This document shows positions 17,739 through 30,565 of a stretch of DNA of 62,826 nt, piece by piece. The stretch covers positions 1-62,826 of the forward strand of contig JAHEDH010000002.1 in assembly GCA_024641285.1 (NCBI GenBank), written 5' to 3'. Within the stretch, counting starts at the first letter, position 1. Every line of letters starts with the position of its first letter. The notes under the pieces were generated by a model. It was not told where the DNA came from. It made no database searches and saw only the letters and a list, made by a program, of their open reading frames with translations. The translations under genes were made by a program, and so were the position numbers. The DNA comes from a bacterium. Lineage in GTDB: Bacteria > Actinomycetota > Acidimicrobiia > Spongiisociales > ZC4RG35.

Positions 17739-18648
17739 GCTCAGGCACAGGATCTCCTATCTGGCACTGGTCGTCGGGGCCGGGTTCGTGGCATCGCTCC
17801 CGCTCGGCGTTGCCGTGGCGATCGGCGAGTTCGGCGGGTTCGCCTTCGGGCGCCTGGCTCGTTCCAAACGTGCCATGGCCCGGCGTCATGCAGCGCGAAT
17901 CGGGGTCGCCGAGGCTGCGATACCGTCGCATCTCGACCGCATGTTCCGGGCGTACGGTCGGTACTGGGCAGAGGCGCTGTGGATGCGCCCGAAGAACCGT
18001 GCAGCGATCGACGACGGCATTTCCCATGAAGGGGTGGAGCACGTCGAGAAGCCGAGAGACGCAGGCACCGGGATGATCTACGTTCTGCCCCATCTCGGGA
18101 ACTGGGAGTTCGCCGGAGCGCTCGCCGAATCGCTCGGGATCCGTGTCGTGGCGGTCGCCGAGAACCTCGCCAACCAGCGCATCCGCGACTGGTTCATCGG
18201 GCTGCGGAGAGGTCTGGGGATCGATGTCGTCCTGGCAACGGGCTCCCGGGAGGTGATGCGCAAACTCGAGGCGGCCATCGCTGCCAATGCCGCCGTGGCC
18301 CTGCTGTCGGATCGCGACATCCGCGGCCGAGGCGTGCCCGTCGAGTTCTTCGACGAGACCACCACGCTCCCGGCGGGGGCCGCGACGCTGGCACTTCGGA
18401 CCGGAGCCCCGATCCTGCCCGTCGCCAGCTACTTCCGGGAAGATGGCGGCCATCACGTGGTCATCAGACCGCCCGTGCAGGTCGATCTCGAGCCCGCCGA
18501 CAGGTCTGCCGAGGTGGCGAGGATCACCGGACAGATCGCCAGGGAACTGGAAATCCTCATCAGACGCGCCCCGGCGCAATGGCACCTCCTTCAGCCCAAC
18601 TGGCCGTCAGACAAGAACCAGCAGCATGAAGAGGAGGCAGGGACGTGA
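17731..18648 (+). CDS. Lysophospholipid/lauroyl (HtrB-like) acyltransferase, PIM acyltransferase-like
   Basis: LPHLGNWE (HX4D-type region) in an LPLAT-family layout. GTGA-type overlap with pgsA and with the downstream glycosyltransferase. Confidence 0.7.
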   Translation: MTELRHRISYLALVVGAGFVASLPLGVAVAIGEFGGFAFGRLARSKRAMARRHAARIGVAEAAIPSHLDRMFRAYGRYWAEALWMRPKNRAAIDDGISHEGVEHVEKPRDAGTGMIYVLPHLGNWEFAGALAESLGIRVVAVAENLANQRIRDWFIGLRRGLGIDVVLATGSREVMRKLEAAIAANAAVALLSDRDIRGRGVPVEFFDETTTLPAGAATLALRTGAPILPVASYFREDGGHHVVIRPPVQVDLEPADRSAEVARITGQIARELEILIRRAPAQWHLLQPNWPSDKNQQHEEEAGT

Positions 18649-19673
18649 AGATCGCCGTCGTCTGTCCCTATGACCTCGGTTCGTTCGGAGGGGTCCAGTC
18701 CGTGGCCACCGACCTGGTCAGGCGGCTCCGATCAGGGGGTGACCAGGCGATCCTCGTCGGGCCTGGTGCGCAACCCGATCTGGGTGTCGACGTGGGCGGG
18801 AGCGTCACACTTCCCGGCAACGGCTCCTATGCCCCGATCGCCCTCGGGCCCGGCGTGCGATCACGAGTCCGGCGGGCGATCGCGGACTGCGATGTCGTTC
18901 ACGTGCACGAGCCGATGATGCCGGTCACGTCGATCGCCGCCCTCCGTTCGGGAAGACCGAGCGTCGCCACGTTCCACGCCGCCGCACCGCCGTGGGCCGC
19001 CACCCTGTACCGGAGGTTGGAGGGGCTTGGGAGGCGAATCCTCGGGGACGCAGTTCTCACGGCGGTGAGCCCCATGGCGATGGCGGGGCTCCCATGGGCG
19101 CCCGTGACGATCATCCCCAACGGGCTCGATGTGGGCTCGTTCCGGATCGACGTGCCTCGCCGGCCCGGTCGGATCGTCATGGTCGGGCGCGACGAGCCGC
19201 GCAAGGGCATCGATGTCATGCTGCGGGCGCTGCCGGGAATCCGGGCCGTCCATCCCGACGCCGAGCTGCACGTCATCGGATCCGAGCGCCCAGCGATGGA
19301 AGGCGTCGTGTGGCATGGTCGGGTCCGGGACCGGGAGAAACGTGAGCTGCTGGCATCGGCACGGATCTACGTCGCTCCACACCTCGGAGGCGAGAGCTTC
19401 GGCATCGTCCTCGCGGAGGCGATGGCTGCGGGTTGCGCAGTCGTCGCATCCGATCTCGCAGCCTTCCGGGCAGTCGGCGGCGACGCCGTCGCCTACTTCG
19501 AAGTCTCGAACCACGCGGCACTCTCCTCTCAGGTCAACGGTTTGTTGTCTGATTCGGGTCGTGTCACCGAGATGACGGCTGCGGCGGCGATTCGGGTCGA
19601 CTCCTTCGATTGGTCCGTGGTCGTGGGCCGATATCGGGCCCTGTACGAGCGGGTGTCGAGTATCGGCAACTGA
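18645..19673 (+). CDS. pimA: GT4 glycosyltransferase, phosphatidylinositol alpha-mannosyltransferase-like
   Basis: [16 protein letters not shown].., C-terminal E-x7-E region ([15 protein letters not shown]). Synteny with pgsA and the acyltransferase. Confidence 0.7.
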   Translation: MKIAVVCPYDLGSFGGVQSVATDLVRRLRSGGDQAILVGPGAQPDLGVDVGGSVTLPGNGSYAPIALGPGVRSRVRRAIADCDVVHVHEPMMPVTSIAALRSGRPSVATFHAAAPPWAATLYRRLEGLGRRILGDAVLTAVSPMAMAGLPWAPVTIIPNGLDVGSFRIDVPRRPGRIVMVGRDEPRKGIDVMLRALPGIRAVHPDAELHVIGSERPAMEGVVWHGRVRDREKRELLASARIYVAPHLGGESFGIVLAEAMAAGCAVVASDLAAFRAVGGDAVAYFEVSNHAALSSQVNGLLSDSGRVTEMTAAAAIRVDSFDWSVVVGRYRALYERVSSIGN

Positions 19674-19714
19674 CAGGGACCGGTACCATTCGAGACACCG
19701 GAAGGAGACTGAAC

Positions 19715-20596
19715 GTGGAACGTGGTACAGACCTGGTCAAGCGGGGCCTTGCAGACATGCTGAAGGGCGGCGTGATCATGGACGTCGTCACGCCCGACGA
19801 AGCGAAGATCGCCGAGGAGGCCGGTGCCGTCGCCGTGATGGCACTCGAGCGCGTGCCCGCCGACATCCGCAAGGACGGCGGCGTAGCCAGGATGTCGGAC
19901 CCGGAGATGATCCAGGGCATCCAGGCAGCGGTCTCGATCCCCGTGATGGCCAAGGCCCGCATCGGCCACTTCCTCGAGGCCCGCGTCCTCGAGGCGCTTT
20001 CGGTCGACTACATCGACGAGTCGGAGGTGCTGACGCCGGCCGACGAGGACTACCACATCGACAAATGGGCGTTCACGACGCCGTTCGTCTGTGGAGCGCG
20101 CAACCTGGGGGAGGCCCTGCGCCGCATCGGTGAAGGCGCCGCCATGATCCGCACCAAAGGCGAGGCGGGCACCGGGAACATCGTCGAGGCCGTGCGGCAC
20201 ATGCGGACCGTGACGGCAGGGATTCGCGAGCTCTCGACGATGACCAGTGAGCAACTGATGACCGCGACACGCGATCTCGGAGCTCCCTACCAACTCGTCA
20301 AGGAAGTCGCAGAAACCGGCAAGCTGCCGGTTGTCAACTTCGCCGCCGGCGGCATCGCCACCCCCTCCGATGCCGCGCTGATGATGGCGCTCGGCTGCGA
20401 CGGCGTCTTCGTGGGCTCCGGCATCTTCAAGAGCTCCAATCCGTCGCTCTTCGCCCGCGCCATCGTGGATGCCACCACCAACTGGCAGAACCCAGATGTC
20501 ATCGCCAAGGTGTCGATGGGGCTCGGCAAGGCGATGCCCGGTCTCGAGATGGGCACGCTGACCGAGGCCGAACAGCTCGCCCGTCGCGGCTGGTGA
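19715..20596 (+). CDS. pdxS: Pyridoxal 5'-phosphate synthase lyase subunit PdxS
   Basis: [45 protein letters not shown] at 19715 is preceded by GGAAGGAG. Confidence 0.9.
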   Translation: MERGTDLVKRGLADMLKGGVIMDVVTPDEAKIAEEAGAVAVMALERVPADIRKDGGVARMSDPEMIQGIQAAVSIPVMAKARIGHFLEARVLEALSVDYIDESEVLTPADEDYHIDKWAFTTPFVCGARNLGEALRRIGEGAAMIRTKGEAGTGNIVEAVRHMRTVTAGIRELSTMTSEQLMTATRDLGAPYQLVKEVAETGKLPVVNFAAGGIATPSDAALMMALGCDGVFVGSGIFKSSNPSLFARAIVDATTNWQNPDVIAKVSMGLGKAMPGLEMGTLTEAEQLARRGW

Positions 20597-21171
20597 ATGC
20601 GCCGATCGTCGGGGTACTCGCCCTCCAGGGCGATTTCCGGGAGCACCTCGCGGTCGTCACGCGACTCGGCGCCGTCGGACGAGAGATCCGGCTCCCCGAG
20701 GACCTCGACGGTATAGACGCGCTCATCATCCCCGGTGGTGAGTCGACCACCATCGGCAAGCTGGCAACCCGGTTCGAGCTGATCGAGCCGCTGCGCGAGC
20801 TGATCAACGGGGGGCTGCCGACGTACGGGACATGCGCCGGGCTGATCTTCGCCTCTTCGACGGTCACCGAAGGCAATCAGCCGCTGCTCGGCGTGCTCGA
20901 CGTCGTGGTCCAAAGAAACGCATTCGGACGCCAAAACGAGTCCTTCGAGACAGACCTCGACATCGATGGGTTCGATGCACCCTTTCACGCCGTGTTCATC
21001 CGGGCACCGTGGGTCGAGAAGGTCGGCGGCGACGTCGAGGTCCTTGCTAGCGTCCAGGGCCACCCTGTGATGGTTCGACAGGACAACATCCTCGGGACCT
21101 CGTTCCATCCAGAGCTCACCGAAGACGATCGCATCCATCAGATGCTCATCGAGATGATTTCCAGGAGGTAG
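20593..21171 (+). CDS. pdxT: Pyridoxal 5'-phosphate synthase glutaminase subunit PdxT
   Basis: [13 protein letters not shown]...IIPGGESTT..., GTCAG, FHPE. Confidence 0.9.
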   Translation: MNAPIVGVLALQGDFREHLAVVTRLGAVGREIRLPEDLDGIDALIIPGGESTTIGKLATRFELIEPLRELINGGLPTYGTCAGLIFASSTVTEGNQPLLGVLDVVVQRNAFGRQNESFETDLDIDGFDAPFHAVFIRAPWVEKVGGDVEVLASVQGHPVMVRQDNILGTSFHPELTEDDRIHQMLIEMISRR

Positions 21172-21174
21172 GCC

Positions 21175-21918
21175 GTGGCAGGTCATTCGAAATGGGCGAA
21201 CATCAAGCACCGCAAGGGACGCCAGGACGCAGCTCGAGGCAAGCTCTTCGCCAAACTCGCGAAAGGAATCGAGGCCGCCGCCAGACAGGGCGGCGGCGAC
21301 CCCTCGATGAACATCGCGCTCGCCAACGCCATCGACAAGGCGAAGTCGAACTCGATGCCGAACGACAACATCGACCGCGCCATCAAGCGGGGGAGTGGCG
21401 AGTCGGGCGACGGCGTCGAGTTCGAAGAGTTCTGGTACGAGGGCTACGGCCCAGGGGGCGTGGCGTTCTACGTGCACTGCCTGACGGACAATCGCAACCG
21501 TGCCTCGTCGGACGTTCGGGTGGCGTTCACCCGTAACGGCGGAAGCCTTGGTGAGCCCGGCTCGGTCGGATACCTGTTCGAGCAGAAAGGGATGATCGTC
21601 GCCAAGGGCGACGAGGACGAGGTGATGCTCACTGCGCTCGACGCCGGTGCCGAGGACGTGCGCGAGTCCGGCGACTCCTACGAGATCATCACGGCAGCCA
21701 GCGACATGCCGGCGGTCCGTGCAGCGCTGAAGGACGCAGGTGTCGAGGTCGAGTCCGCAGAGGTCACGCAGATCCCGTCGACCACGATCCCCGTCGATGC
21801 AGCCGGAGCCGAACGGGTCCTCAGAATGATCGACGCCCTCGAAGACCTCGACGACGTCCAGGACGTCTACGCCAACTTCGACGCCGACGACGAGGTCATG
21901 GAACAACTCGCCGGTTGA
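21175..21918 (+). CDS. yebC: YebC/PmpR-family DNA-binding regulator
   Basis: [28 protein letters not shown]. Confidence 0.9.
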   Translation: MAGHSKWANIKHRKGRQDAARGKLFAKLAKGIEAAARQGGGDPSMNIALANAIDKAKSNSMPNDNIDRAIKRGSGESGDGVEFEEFWYEGYGPGGVAFYVHCLTDNRNRASSDVRVAFTRNGGSLGEPGSVGYLFEQKGMIVAKGDEDEVMLTALDAGAEDVRESGDSYEIITAASDMPAVRAALKDAGVEVESAEVTQIPSTTIPVDAAGAERVLRMIDALEDLDDVQDVYANFDADDEVMEQLAG

Positions 21919-22091
21919 GTCATGGTCCCTGCGGAGCGCGGGCAGGTTGCTGTGAGCTGTCGCTCCATTTCCATCGTCCACGAACCAGTCGGCTGACGGT
22001 ACGGAGGTAGGGGCTGGACCTTCGCGAGGCAGCCAGATCGGGTTCGATCACTCTGAGGCCGTGCCACAATGACCGTGCCTGAATTCGGAGG

Positions 22092-23000
22092 ATGAATTAC
22101 GGTCCCGACGTGCGAGAGGAACTCCTGACCGGCCTCGACTACCTCGACGCCGTCACGGCGCTCCTCCAGCGCGTCCGGCGTGCTCACCGGACGGCGGGCT
22201 TGTACGAGGCGGCCGAGTTGCAATGGTGGTGGGCGGACGCACCACCGTCGAACGACGATCGTCCCCAGCTCTTCTGGTTCGATGAGAGCGGTCATCCAGC
22301 AGCCGCCGCGATCGTCACCGATTGGGGCGAGCGACATACCCTCGACCCGATCCTGATGCCCGATCCCGCCCCGGGGTGGGTGGCTCACGTCATGGCGCAT
22401 GGGCTGGCTCGAGCCCGCGAATCCGGAGTTGCCGCCGTCGGACTCGAGGTGGACAGCTCAGACGAAGTCCTCCAGGACGTGTTGCGCGGTCACGGCTTCG
22501 CGATCGAGGAGGACGGACTGGTCGAGGCGTGGCTGGCGGCTGGAGTGCGACCCGAGATCAGCGCGCTACACGGGGACTATCGGCTGCTCTCTCGGAGCGA
22601 AACCGTTCCGCGTGCACACCACATGAACGATCCAGGTCGAAATCACCCCGATGTCGAGGTACGCCTCAGTCAGACTTCGCTCTATCGACCCGACCTCGAT
22701 CTAGCCGTGTTCGACTCACACGACAGGGTGGCTGCGTACGGATTGTTCTGGCTCGATCCGGAGACCGACGTGGGCGTCGTGGAGCCGATGCGCACCAAAG
22801 ACGAGCACCAGCGGCGAGGGATCGCTCGCCACGTTCTCACGACCGGCATCAACTCGTTGGCCCAGGCGGGCGCTGATCGCATCAAGATCTGTTTCGAACC
22901 GGGCAATCAACCAGCGAGGGACCTCTACCTCGGTGTCGGCTTCGAACCCGGGAGACAGAACGTCTTCTTCTCAGGTTCTACGAGCATCGCAGCTTCGTAG
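22092..23000 (+). CDS. GNAT-family N-acetyltransferase
   Basis: C-terminal acetyl-CoA motif region HQRRGIARHVLTTGINSLAQAGA..I....GN..A..LY..VGF. Confidence 0.6.
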   Translation: MNYGPDVREELLTGLDYLDAVTALLQRVRRAHRTAGLYEAAELQWWWADAPPSNDDRPQLFWFDESGHPAAAAIVTDWGERHTLDPILMPDPAPGWVAHVMAHGLARARESGVAAVGLEVDSSDEVLQDVLRGHGFAIEEDGLVEAWLAAGVRPEISALHGDYRLLSRSETVPRAHHMNDPGRNHPDVEVRLSQTSLYRPDLDLAVFDSHDRVAAYGLFWLDPETDVGVVEPMRTKDEHQRRGIARHVLTTGINSLAQAGADRIKICFEPGNQPARDLYLGVGFEPGRQNVFFSGSTSIAAS

Positions 23001-23037
23001 GTCGGCCAGACCGCTCGGCAGCTCGATCGGTGGATTC

Positions 23038-24132
23038 TCAGATGGGCGGGTCGCTGTTGGATCTTGGAAGGAAGCGTCTTCGTCGGGTGGGGCTGGTCGG
23101 GTCGATCCGGAAGCCTCGCCCGTGGACGACAACGTGGTGGTGATACCAGCAGAGTGAGGTGAGGTTGTCTGGTTGGTTGTTGCCATCGTCGGTGCGGTGC
23201 TGGATGTGGTGGGGTTGGAGCCGATAGCTCGAATTGCAGCCGTCGGCAGTGCACATCCCACCGTCCCGCCACAACACGTATCGTCGGGTCGCAGGTGGGA
23301 TCGCCGTGGTGGCGTTCCCAACTCGGAGTGGTTCGCCATCCTCTGTGAGGGCGATCACATCGATCGGTGAGCCACAGAGCAACCGTTCCAAGGCGGAAGG
23401 CCCGATTCTCGGGCCAGACGCCAGCCACGCTCCAGGCCTGGACGGGCCGTCGGTGGCGTCCACGAACACCGTGGCCGGAACACCCGGCGTCGCGGGAGAT
23501 GTGTCGCCTTTGTCCGCACCGTGCCGATCACAGACGACGAACAGGGCGTCGGCGCGGCGGGTCGCCCGAGAATCTCGATGTCCGTGTGGTGCTTCGGGGA
23601 GGTCGTCGGCGACTCGATCGAGGGTCTCGGCGATCTGTTTGCCTTCCAATGCCGTGAGCTTGCCCCACAGGTTCCACGAAGTCTCGTCAAGCGTTGGTTG
23701 AATCGCCAGGAAGCGCGCATCGAATGCGGCCTGTTCGTCGGCTCGCTGAACCGGAGTGCGGCGGGCCAGCATGTTCCGTAGTCCGGGGAGGTCGACTTCG
23801 AGGTGCGGATCGGTCTCACCGGCGTCGGCGAGTTCTGCGACCCGATCGAACGACACACCAGCGGCCAGCAGGGAGTCGAGTGCTGCGGAGTCGGCCCGAG
23901 CGACCGCCGCCAGCTGGCGAGCGGATGCCCGGGTCAGATCCATGCGACCGATCATCCAGTCCTCGAGGGTGCGCATCCCGTCGCCGAGCGGGATCTGGCG
24001 CCGATCCACCTCACGCACGAGCTCGACCTGGATCGCCTTCAGCCGGGACTCGGCGGTCCGAATCTGCTCGAGCAACGAGTCGAGTTGATCTCCGGTCATC
24101 TGTGTGATCAGATCGGTCGAAAGGAGGTCCAT
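23038..24132 (-). CDS. DUF222 / HNH endonuclease (13E12-repeat-like family)
   Basis: N-terminal DUF222-like helical region. C-terminal RRYVLWRDGGMCTADGC.....LQPHHIQH..DGG.....NLTSLCWYHHHVVVH is an HNH nuclease motif. Confidence 0.8.
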   Translation of the reverse strand: MDLLSTDLITQMTGDQLDSLLEQIRTAESRLKAIQVELVREVDRRQIPLGDGMRTLEDWMIGRMDLTRASARQLAAVARADSAALDSLLAAGVSFDRVAELADAGETDPHLEVDLPGLRNMLARRTPVQRADEQAAFDARFLAIQPTLDETSWNLWGKLTALEGKQIAETLDRVADDLPEAPHGHRDSRATRRADALFVVCDRHGADKGDTSPATPGVPATVFVDATDGPSRPGAWLASGPRIGPSALERLLCGSPIDVIALTEDGEPLRVGNATTAIPPATRRYVLWRDGGMCTADGCNSSYRLQPHHIQHRTDDGNNQPDNLTSLCWYHHHVVVHGRGFRIDPTSPTRRRRFLPRSNSDPPI

Positions 24133-24396
24133 CTGGGGTCCAACCTACCGAGGGGGTGTGACAGAAATGCACTGTCAGCACTGAGGATTGCGAGATTCGC
24201 GTGGTTCCTCGCGCACCCGGGTCGTGCTCCGTTCAGGACCGAGCTCGTGGCCATTTGGCCAGGAGTCCGGGTTCGAAGCCAACCGAAACAAAGCCAAGTG
24301 GGAGTCGTCCCCTCCCTCTGAGGCTCGACGGAACCTTCCCCCACTTCGTGCAGGACGGCCATATGCACAGCGATGTCACACCACCCTCCTATCCTC

Positions 24397-24412
24397 TCGT
24401 ACATATGTTCGT
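24397..24412. promoter_or_regulatory. Candidate LexA (SOS/Cheo-type) box overlapping the ruvC start codon
   Basis: TCGTACATATGTTCGT versus the actinobacterial consensus TCGAAC-N4-GTTCGA (10 of 12 half-site positions). Confidence 0.35.
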
Positions 24413-24890
24413 TCTCGGCATCGATCCCGGGTTGACGCGTACCGGCTACGGCGTGGCGACGCGTCACGGTGGCCGGATGGAGGCGATCGCCGCAGGGGTG
24501 ATCCGCACGTCCGCCGACGATCCACTCGAGATTCGGCTGGCGACGCTGGCCCGGGAGCTGCGCGCCGTGATCTCCGAACACCGGCCGGTGGCGGTGGCGC
24601 TCGAGACGGTCTTCACGAATCGCAACCGTCAGACGGCCATCAGTGTCGGTCGAGCGTCCGGAGTCGCACTGCTCGTGTCGGGCGAGGCCGGCATCCCCGT
24701 CACCGAGTACACGCCGACGGCGATCAAGCTGGCGGTGACCGGATCCGGATCGGCGGACAAAGCGGCCATGCAGCAGATGGTTGCACGGCGCTACGGGCTG
24801 AAAGAGGCTCCCAGCCCCGCTGACGCCGCCGACGCCCTCGGGATCGCGCTCTGTCATCTCCAATCGATCAACCTGAAGCGTTCCTCGTGA
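24405..24890 (+). CDS. ruvC: Holliday junction resolvase RuvC
   Basis: MFVLGIDPGLTRTGYG..., ...AVALETVF...GSADKAAMQQMV...PADAADALGIALCH. An internal ATG of track ORF 24201-24890 is used. Confidence 0.9.
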   Translation: MFVLGIDPGLTRTGYGVATRHGGRMEAIAAGVIRTSADDPLEIRLATLARELRAVISEHRPVAVALETVFTNRNRQTAISVGRASGVALLVSGEAGIPVTEYTPTAIKLAVTGSGSADKAAMQQMVARRYGLKEAPSPADAADALGIALCHLQSINLKRSS

Positions 24891-25462
24891 TCGGCTCACT
24901 CACCGGGGTGGTCGAACACGTCGACGGGGACGGGCTACTGCTCTCCGTGGCCGGGGTGGGGTACCAGGTGGCCATGACGGGCCGTGCGCTCGAGCAGCTC
25001 AGCGGAGCCGAAGGTGACGTCACCGTGTACACCCATCTCCACGTGAGAGAGGATGTGATGGCCTTGTACGGATTCCTGTCGCCGCTCGACCGCCAGCTGT
25101 TCCGCACGCTCATCAGCGCGTCCGGAGTCGGACCCAAGGTCGGGCTGGCCGTGCTGGCCTCGATGACCTCCGATGACGTTCGAATGGCGGTCGCGAGTGA
25201 CGATGCCGATGCCTTCACCGTCGTTCCCGGCATCGGGAAGCGCACGGCCCAGAAGCTGGTCCTGGAGCTCCGTCCCAAGCTCGCCGCCATGGAATCGGAG
25301 ATCGTCGGATCGACGAGTGAGGCGGGGCAGGTCCGCATGGCGCTCGAGGGTCTCGGCTTCACGGGCACCGAGATCGCCGAGGCGCTCAAGACCGTCGACC
25401 GCTCGGCTCCGGTCGGTGAGCAGGTGCGCCAGGCACTGAAACAACGGGACAGCTCGTCGTGA
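24887..25462 (+). CDS. ruvA: Holliday junction branch migration protein RuvA
   Basis: MIGSLTGVV......LLL.V.GVGYQV; HhH motifs ([28 protein letters not shown]). Confidence 0.9.
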   Translation: MIGSLTGVVEHVDGDGLLLSVAGVGYQVAMTGRALEQLSGAEGDVTVYTHLHVREDVMALYGFLSPLDRQLFRTLISASGVGPKVGLAVLASMTSDDVRMAVASDDADAFTVVPGIGKRTAQKLVLELRPKLAAMESEIVGSTSEAGQVRMALEGLGFTGTEIAEALKTVDRSAPVGEQVRQALKQRDSSS

Positions 25463-26472
25463 GAGAAGAGTTCATCCTCGACCCCCAGGGCGACGACGAT
25501 CCCGACATCGGCTTGCGACCTGCCCGCCTCGACGAGTTCGTCGGCCAGGACAAGCTGAAGGAACGACTGCGGATCTCGATCGAAGCCGCCGCCGAACGGG
25601 GGCACGCCCTCGATCACGTGTTGTTCTCCGGCCCTCCCGGACTCGGGAAGACGACCCTGGCGGCGATCGTCGCCAACGAGATGGGCACCGCGTTCCGGGT
25701 GACGACGGGACCCGCGTTGGAGCGTCCCGGCGATCTCGCCGCCATCCTCTCGAACCTCGACGAGGGCGACGTCTTCTTCATCGACGAGATCCACCGGTTG
25801 CCACGAGCGGTCGAAGAGGTGCTGTATTCGGCGATGGAGGATTTCCAACTCGACATCATGGTCGGCAAGGGGCCGACGGCTCAGTCGATTCGCCTCGACC
25901 TCCAACCCTTCACGCTCGTCGGTGCCACCACTCGCAAGGGGAAGGTCACTGCGCCGCTTCGCGACCGTTTCGGGCTCGAGGACAAGCTCGACTATTACAG
26001 CCACGGCGAACTGGCGTCCATTGTCACCCGGGCCGCCCGGATCCTCGAGATCGAGATCCAACCCCAGGCCGCCGCCATGATCGCCAGACGCAGCCGCGGC
26101 ACCCCGCGCATCGGCAACCGCCTGTTACGTCGTGTCCGGGACTTCGCCGTTGCCCGGGCCGACGGGACCATCACCGAGGAGGTTGCGGCAGATGCGCTCG
26201 TGGTTTACGAGGTCGACGAGATGGGCCTCGACAAGGTCGACCGCGAGATCCTGGGCGCGATCGTCTCGAAGTTCGGCGGGGGACCGGTTGGTCTGCACAC
26301 GCTCGCGATCGCGGTGGGCGAGGAGCCCGAAACCGTCGAGGACGCCTACGAGCCATTCCTGCTGCAGATGGGCCTGCTGCACCGGACACCGAGGGGCAGG
26401 GTCGCCACCGACCTCACGTACCGTCATCTCGGCATGGAGCCAGAGGGCGGCGACCAGGCCAGACTTCTCTAA
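25459..26472 (+). CDS. ruvB: Holliday junction DNA helicase RuvB
   Basis: [46 protein letters not shown]. Confidence 0.95.
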   Translation: MREEFILDPQGDDDPDIGLRPARLDEFVGQDKLKERLRISIEAAAERGHALDHVLFSGPPGLGKTTLAAIVANEMGTAFRVTTGPALERPGDLAAILSNLDEGDVFFIDEIHRLPRAVEEVLYSAMEDFQLDIMVGKGPTAQSIRLDLQPFTLVGATTRKGKVTAPLRDRFGLEDKLDYYSHGELASIVTRAARILEIEIQPQAAAMIARRSRGTPRIGNRLLRRVRDFAVARADGTITEEVAADALVVYEVDEMGLDKVDREILGAIVSKFGGGPVGLHTLAIAVGEEPETVEDAYEPFLLQMGLLHRTPRGRVATDLTYRHLGMEPEGGDQARLL

Positions 26473-27242
26473 CCCGCGCGCCGGTACACGAGACCTTCGG
26501 TGCCCCTGGATGTGACGGTCAATCGGTCGCCATCGATGGCGACCGTGAACCCGTCACCGAGGACGGACACCACCATGCCGTCCTGGCCTGCGAGATCCGG
26601 AGTGCATTCACCGAGCGCGCTGAACGTCGTGAACAGGACCATGTCGCCGTCGATGACGTAGTCGCCCTCGAGGGTGCGGCACCCGGTCGATCCGCGGATC
26701 CGCCCATCCGTCGAGAGCTGCAACGTCGCAGCGGCGAGAGCCGATCGGGCCGTGTCGCCGGAGATCAACGTCTCGAGCCCCCACTCGGTGCCCAGGAGAT
26801 CCGCTTGCGGAACCGGAACAGCCGCGGCGAACGTCAGGACGACGTCCGTCCCCTCGACGGTCAGCACGTCTCCGTTTCGGACATACGTCAGCGGTCCCCG
26901 GAGAGCGGTCAAGAACGCCTGCTCGGAGTCCATCACGCCGGGTTCTCCGCACGCCATCGCAGTCGAGGCGAGCTCGTCGCCGATGATCACGTCTTCGCCG
27001 TCGGCGACGTAGGTGCCGCCATAGGAGTTGCAGGCTGCAACGCCTCCCATCGAGCCGTCGTCCGAGAACGAGATCGTGATGCGATGGCCGTCGACGAGCG
27101 GGAACGGGGCCCCCGCCAGCGTGCCACCTGTCATCACCCAGTCTCCGATCACGCCTGGTGGAGTCGTATCGGCCGTCGAACACGCACCGAGGATCAGAGC
27201 GGCAATGAGGAGTGTCGGCTTCATGAGTATGAGACGTCGCAT
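26469..27242 (-). CDS. Lipoprotein with two META (HslJ-like) domains
   Basis: Signal peptide plus lipobox ([11 protein letters not shown]). Two repeats of G..W.......L.......I...F..DG...G...CN.Y.G.Y. An internal start of track ORF 26469-28214 is used; an alternative ATG lies at 27224. Confidence 0.7.
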   Translation of the reverse strand: MRRLILMKPTLLIAALILGACSTADTTPPGVIGDWVMTGGTLAGAPFPLVDGHRITISFSDDGSMGGVAACNSYGGTYVADGEDVIIGDELASTAMACGEPGVMDSEQAFLTALRGPLTYVRNGDVLTVEGTDVVLTFAAAVPVPQADLLGTEWGLETLISGDTARSALAAATLQLSTDGRIRGSTGCRTLEGDYVIDGDMVLFTTFSALGECTPDLAGQDGMVVSVLGDGFTVAIDGDRLTVTSRGTEGLVYRRAG

Positions 27243-27287
27243 GGCTCCATGGGGTTTCGAGGTCCTGCTGCCGGTAGCGTCGCTCCG

Positions 27288-28094
27288 ATGTCGAGCCCAC
27301 AGCGGTTGGTGGTCGGGGACGCCGAGATCGCATACGAGATCGTAGGAGCCGGTCCCTTCGAACTGGTCTTCCTCCATGAAGGTCTCGGCTCGATCGAGTT
27401 GTGGAGGGACTTCCCCCGAGACGTCATGGCGGGGACGGGTGTGAGCGGCCTCGTCTACGACCGGCAGGGCCACGGCAGGTCGAGTCCGATGATGCATCCG
27501 CGCTCGGTCGAGTACCTGCACGAAGCCGCCTTGGAGGAGCTGGCCGTGGTCATCGCCGGGCTCGGTATCGAACGCCCGGTTCTGATCGGACACTCCGACG
27601 GGGCGACCATCGCGCTCATCCATGCCACGCGCCACCCGGTCGGGGGCCTTGTGCTCATCGCGCCACATGTGTACGTGGAGCCGGCCGCCACAGAGGGAAT
27701 CACTCGAACCGACCGGAGTGCCGAAGCGCTCATCGCCCGACTCGAGCGCTATCACGACCACGGTCGCGAGTTGTACTCGGCGTGGCGGGACATCTGGCTC
27801 GCCGCCGACTTCGCCGACTGGAACATCGAGAGCGAGATCCGGGGGATGAACGTCCCGATGCTGCTGCTCCAGGGGAGTGACGACGAGTACGGGACACTCG
27901 AACAGCTGGACCGGATCGAGTTGGCAGTCGAGGGCCCGGTCGAGCGCGTGGTTGTGACCGGCGCCGGTCACTCGCCGCATCTGACGCACGGCGACCCGAC
28001 GACCGAGGCCGTGGTCGAGTTCGTCCGGCGCGTGCTCGCACCGGGTTCGGAGACCAGGAGCCAGCCGGCCGGTGAGCGCCCGACCGGGCGGTAA
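27288..28094 (+). CDS. Alpha/beta-fold hydrolase
   Basis: LVFLHEGLGS, nucleophile elbow GHSDGA, C-terminal GAGHSPHL. Confidence 0.75.
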   Translation: MSSPQRLVVGDAEIAYEIVGAGPFELVFLHEGLGSIELWRDFPRDVMAGTGVSGLVYDRQGHGRSSPMMHPRSVEYLHEAALEELAVVIAGLGIERPVLIGHSDGATIALIHATRHPVGGLVLIAPHVYVEPAATEGITRTDRSAEALIARLERYHDHGRELYSAWRDIWLAADFADWNIESEIRGMNVPMLLLQGSDDEYGTLEQLDRIELAVEGPVERVVVTGAGHSPHLTHGDPTTEAVVEFVRRVLAPGSETRSQPAGERPTGR

Positions 28095-28103
28095 CGTCGG
28101 ACC

Positions 28104-30226
<2,123 letters not shown>

Positions 30227-30263
30227 CATCGCCTTTACACCCCTTCCCCAAGGATCTAAACCC

Positions 30264-30563
30264 ATGTCCGTGTTCCTCGCCCAGGAGGCCACTCCCACCG
30301 CCAGTGGCTCCTCGTCTCTGATCTTCTTCGCGATCATGGCGGTCGCGTTCTACTTCCTCTTCATCCGCCCCCAACGCAAGCGGCAAGCGCAGGTCCAAGA
30401 GGTCCAGGAGAGCCTGTCCGTCGGGATGGACGTGCGAACGATCGGCGGCATCCTCGGGCGGGTCGTCGAGCTCGAAGACGACTCGGTCGTGCTCGAGCTC
30501 GAATCCGGCCGGATGCGCGTCGCCCGTAAGGGAATCGCCGGCACCGTCACACCGGAGGCCTGA
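30264..30563 (+). CDS. yajC: Preprotein translocase subunit YajC
   Basis: One TM helix then FIRPQRKRQ...L..G..V.T.GGI.G.V. Confidence 0.85.
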   Translation: MSVFLAQEATPTASGSSSLIFFAIMAVAFYFLFIRPQRKRQAQVQEVQESLSVGMDVRTIGGILGRVVELEDDSVVLELESGRMRVARKGIAGTVTPEA

Positions 30564-30565
30564 TC

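Noticed and set aside
24133-24396. Short inverted repeat gtgacagaaatgcactgtcagcac and the ~270-nt spacer upstream of ruvC, considered as terminal repeats of a mobile element carrying the HNH gene.
   Set aside because: No matching repeat was found on the other side of the GNAT/HNH block (around 21919-22091), and there is no transposase or integrase.
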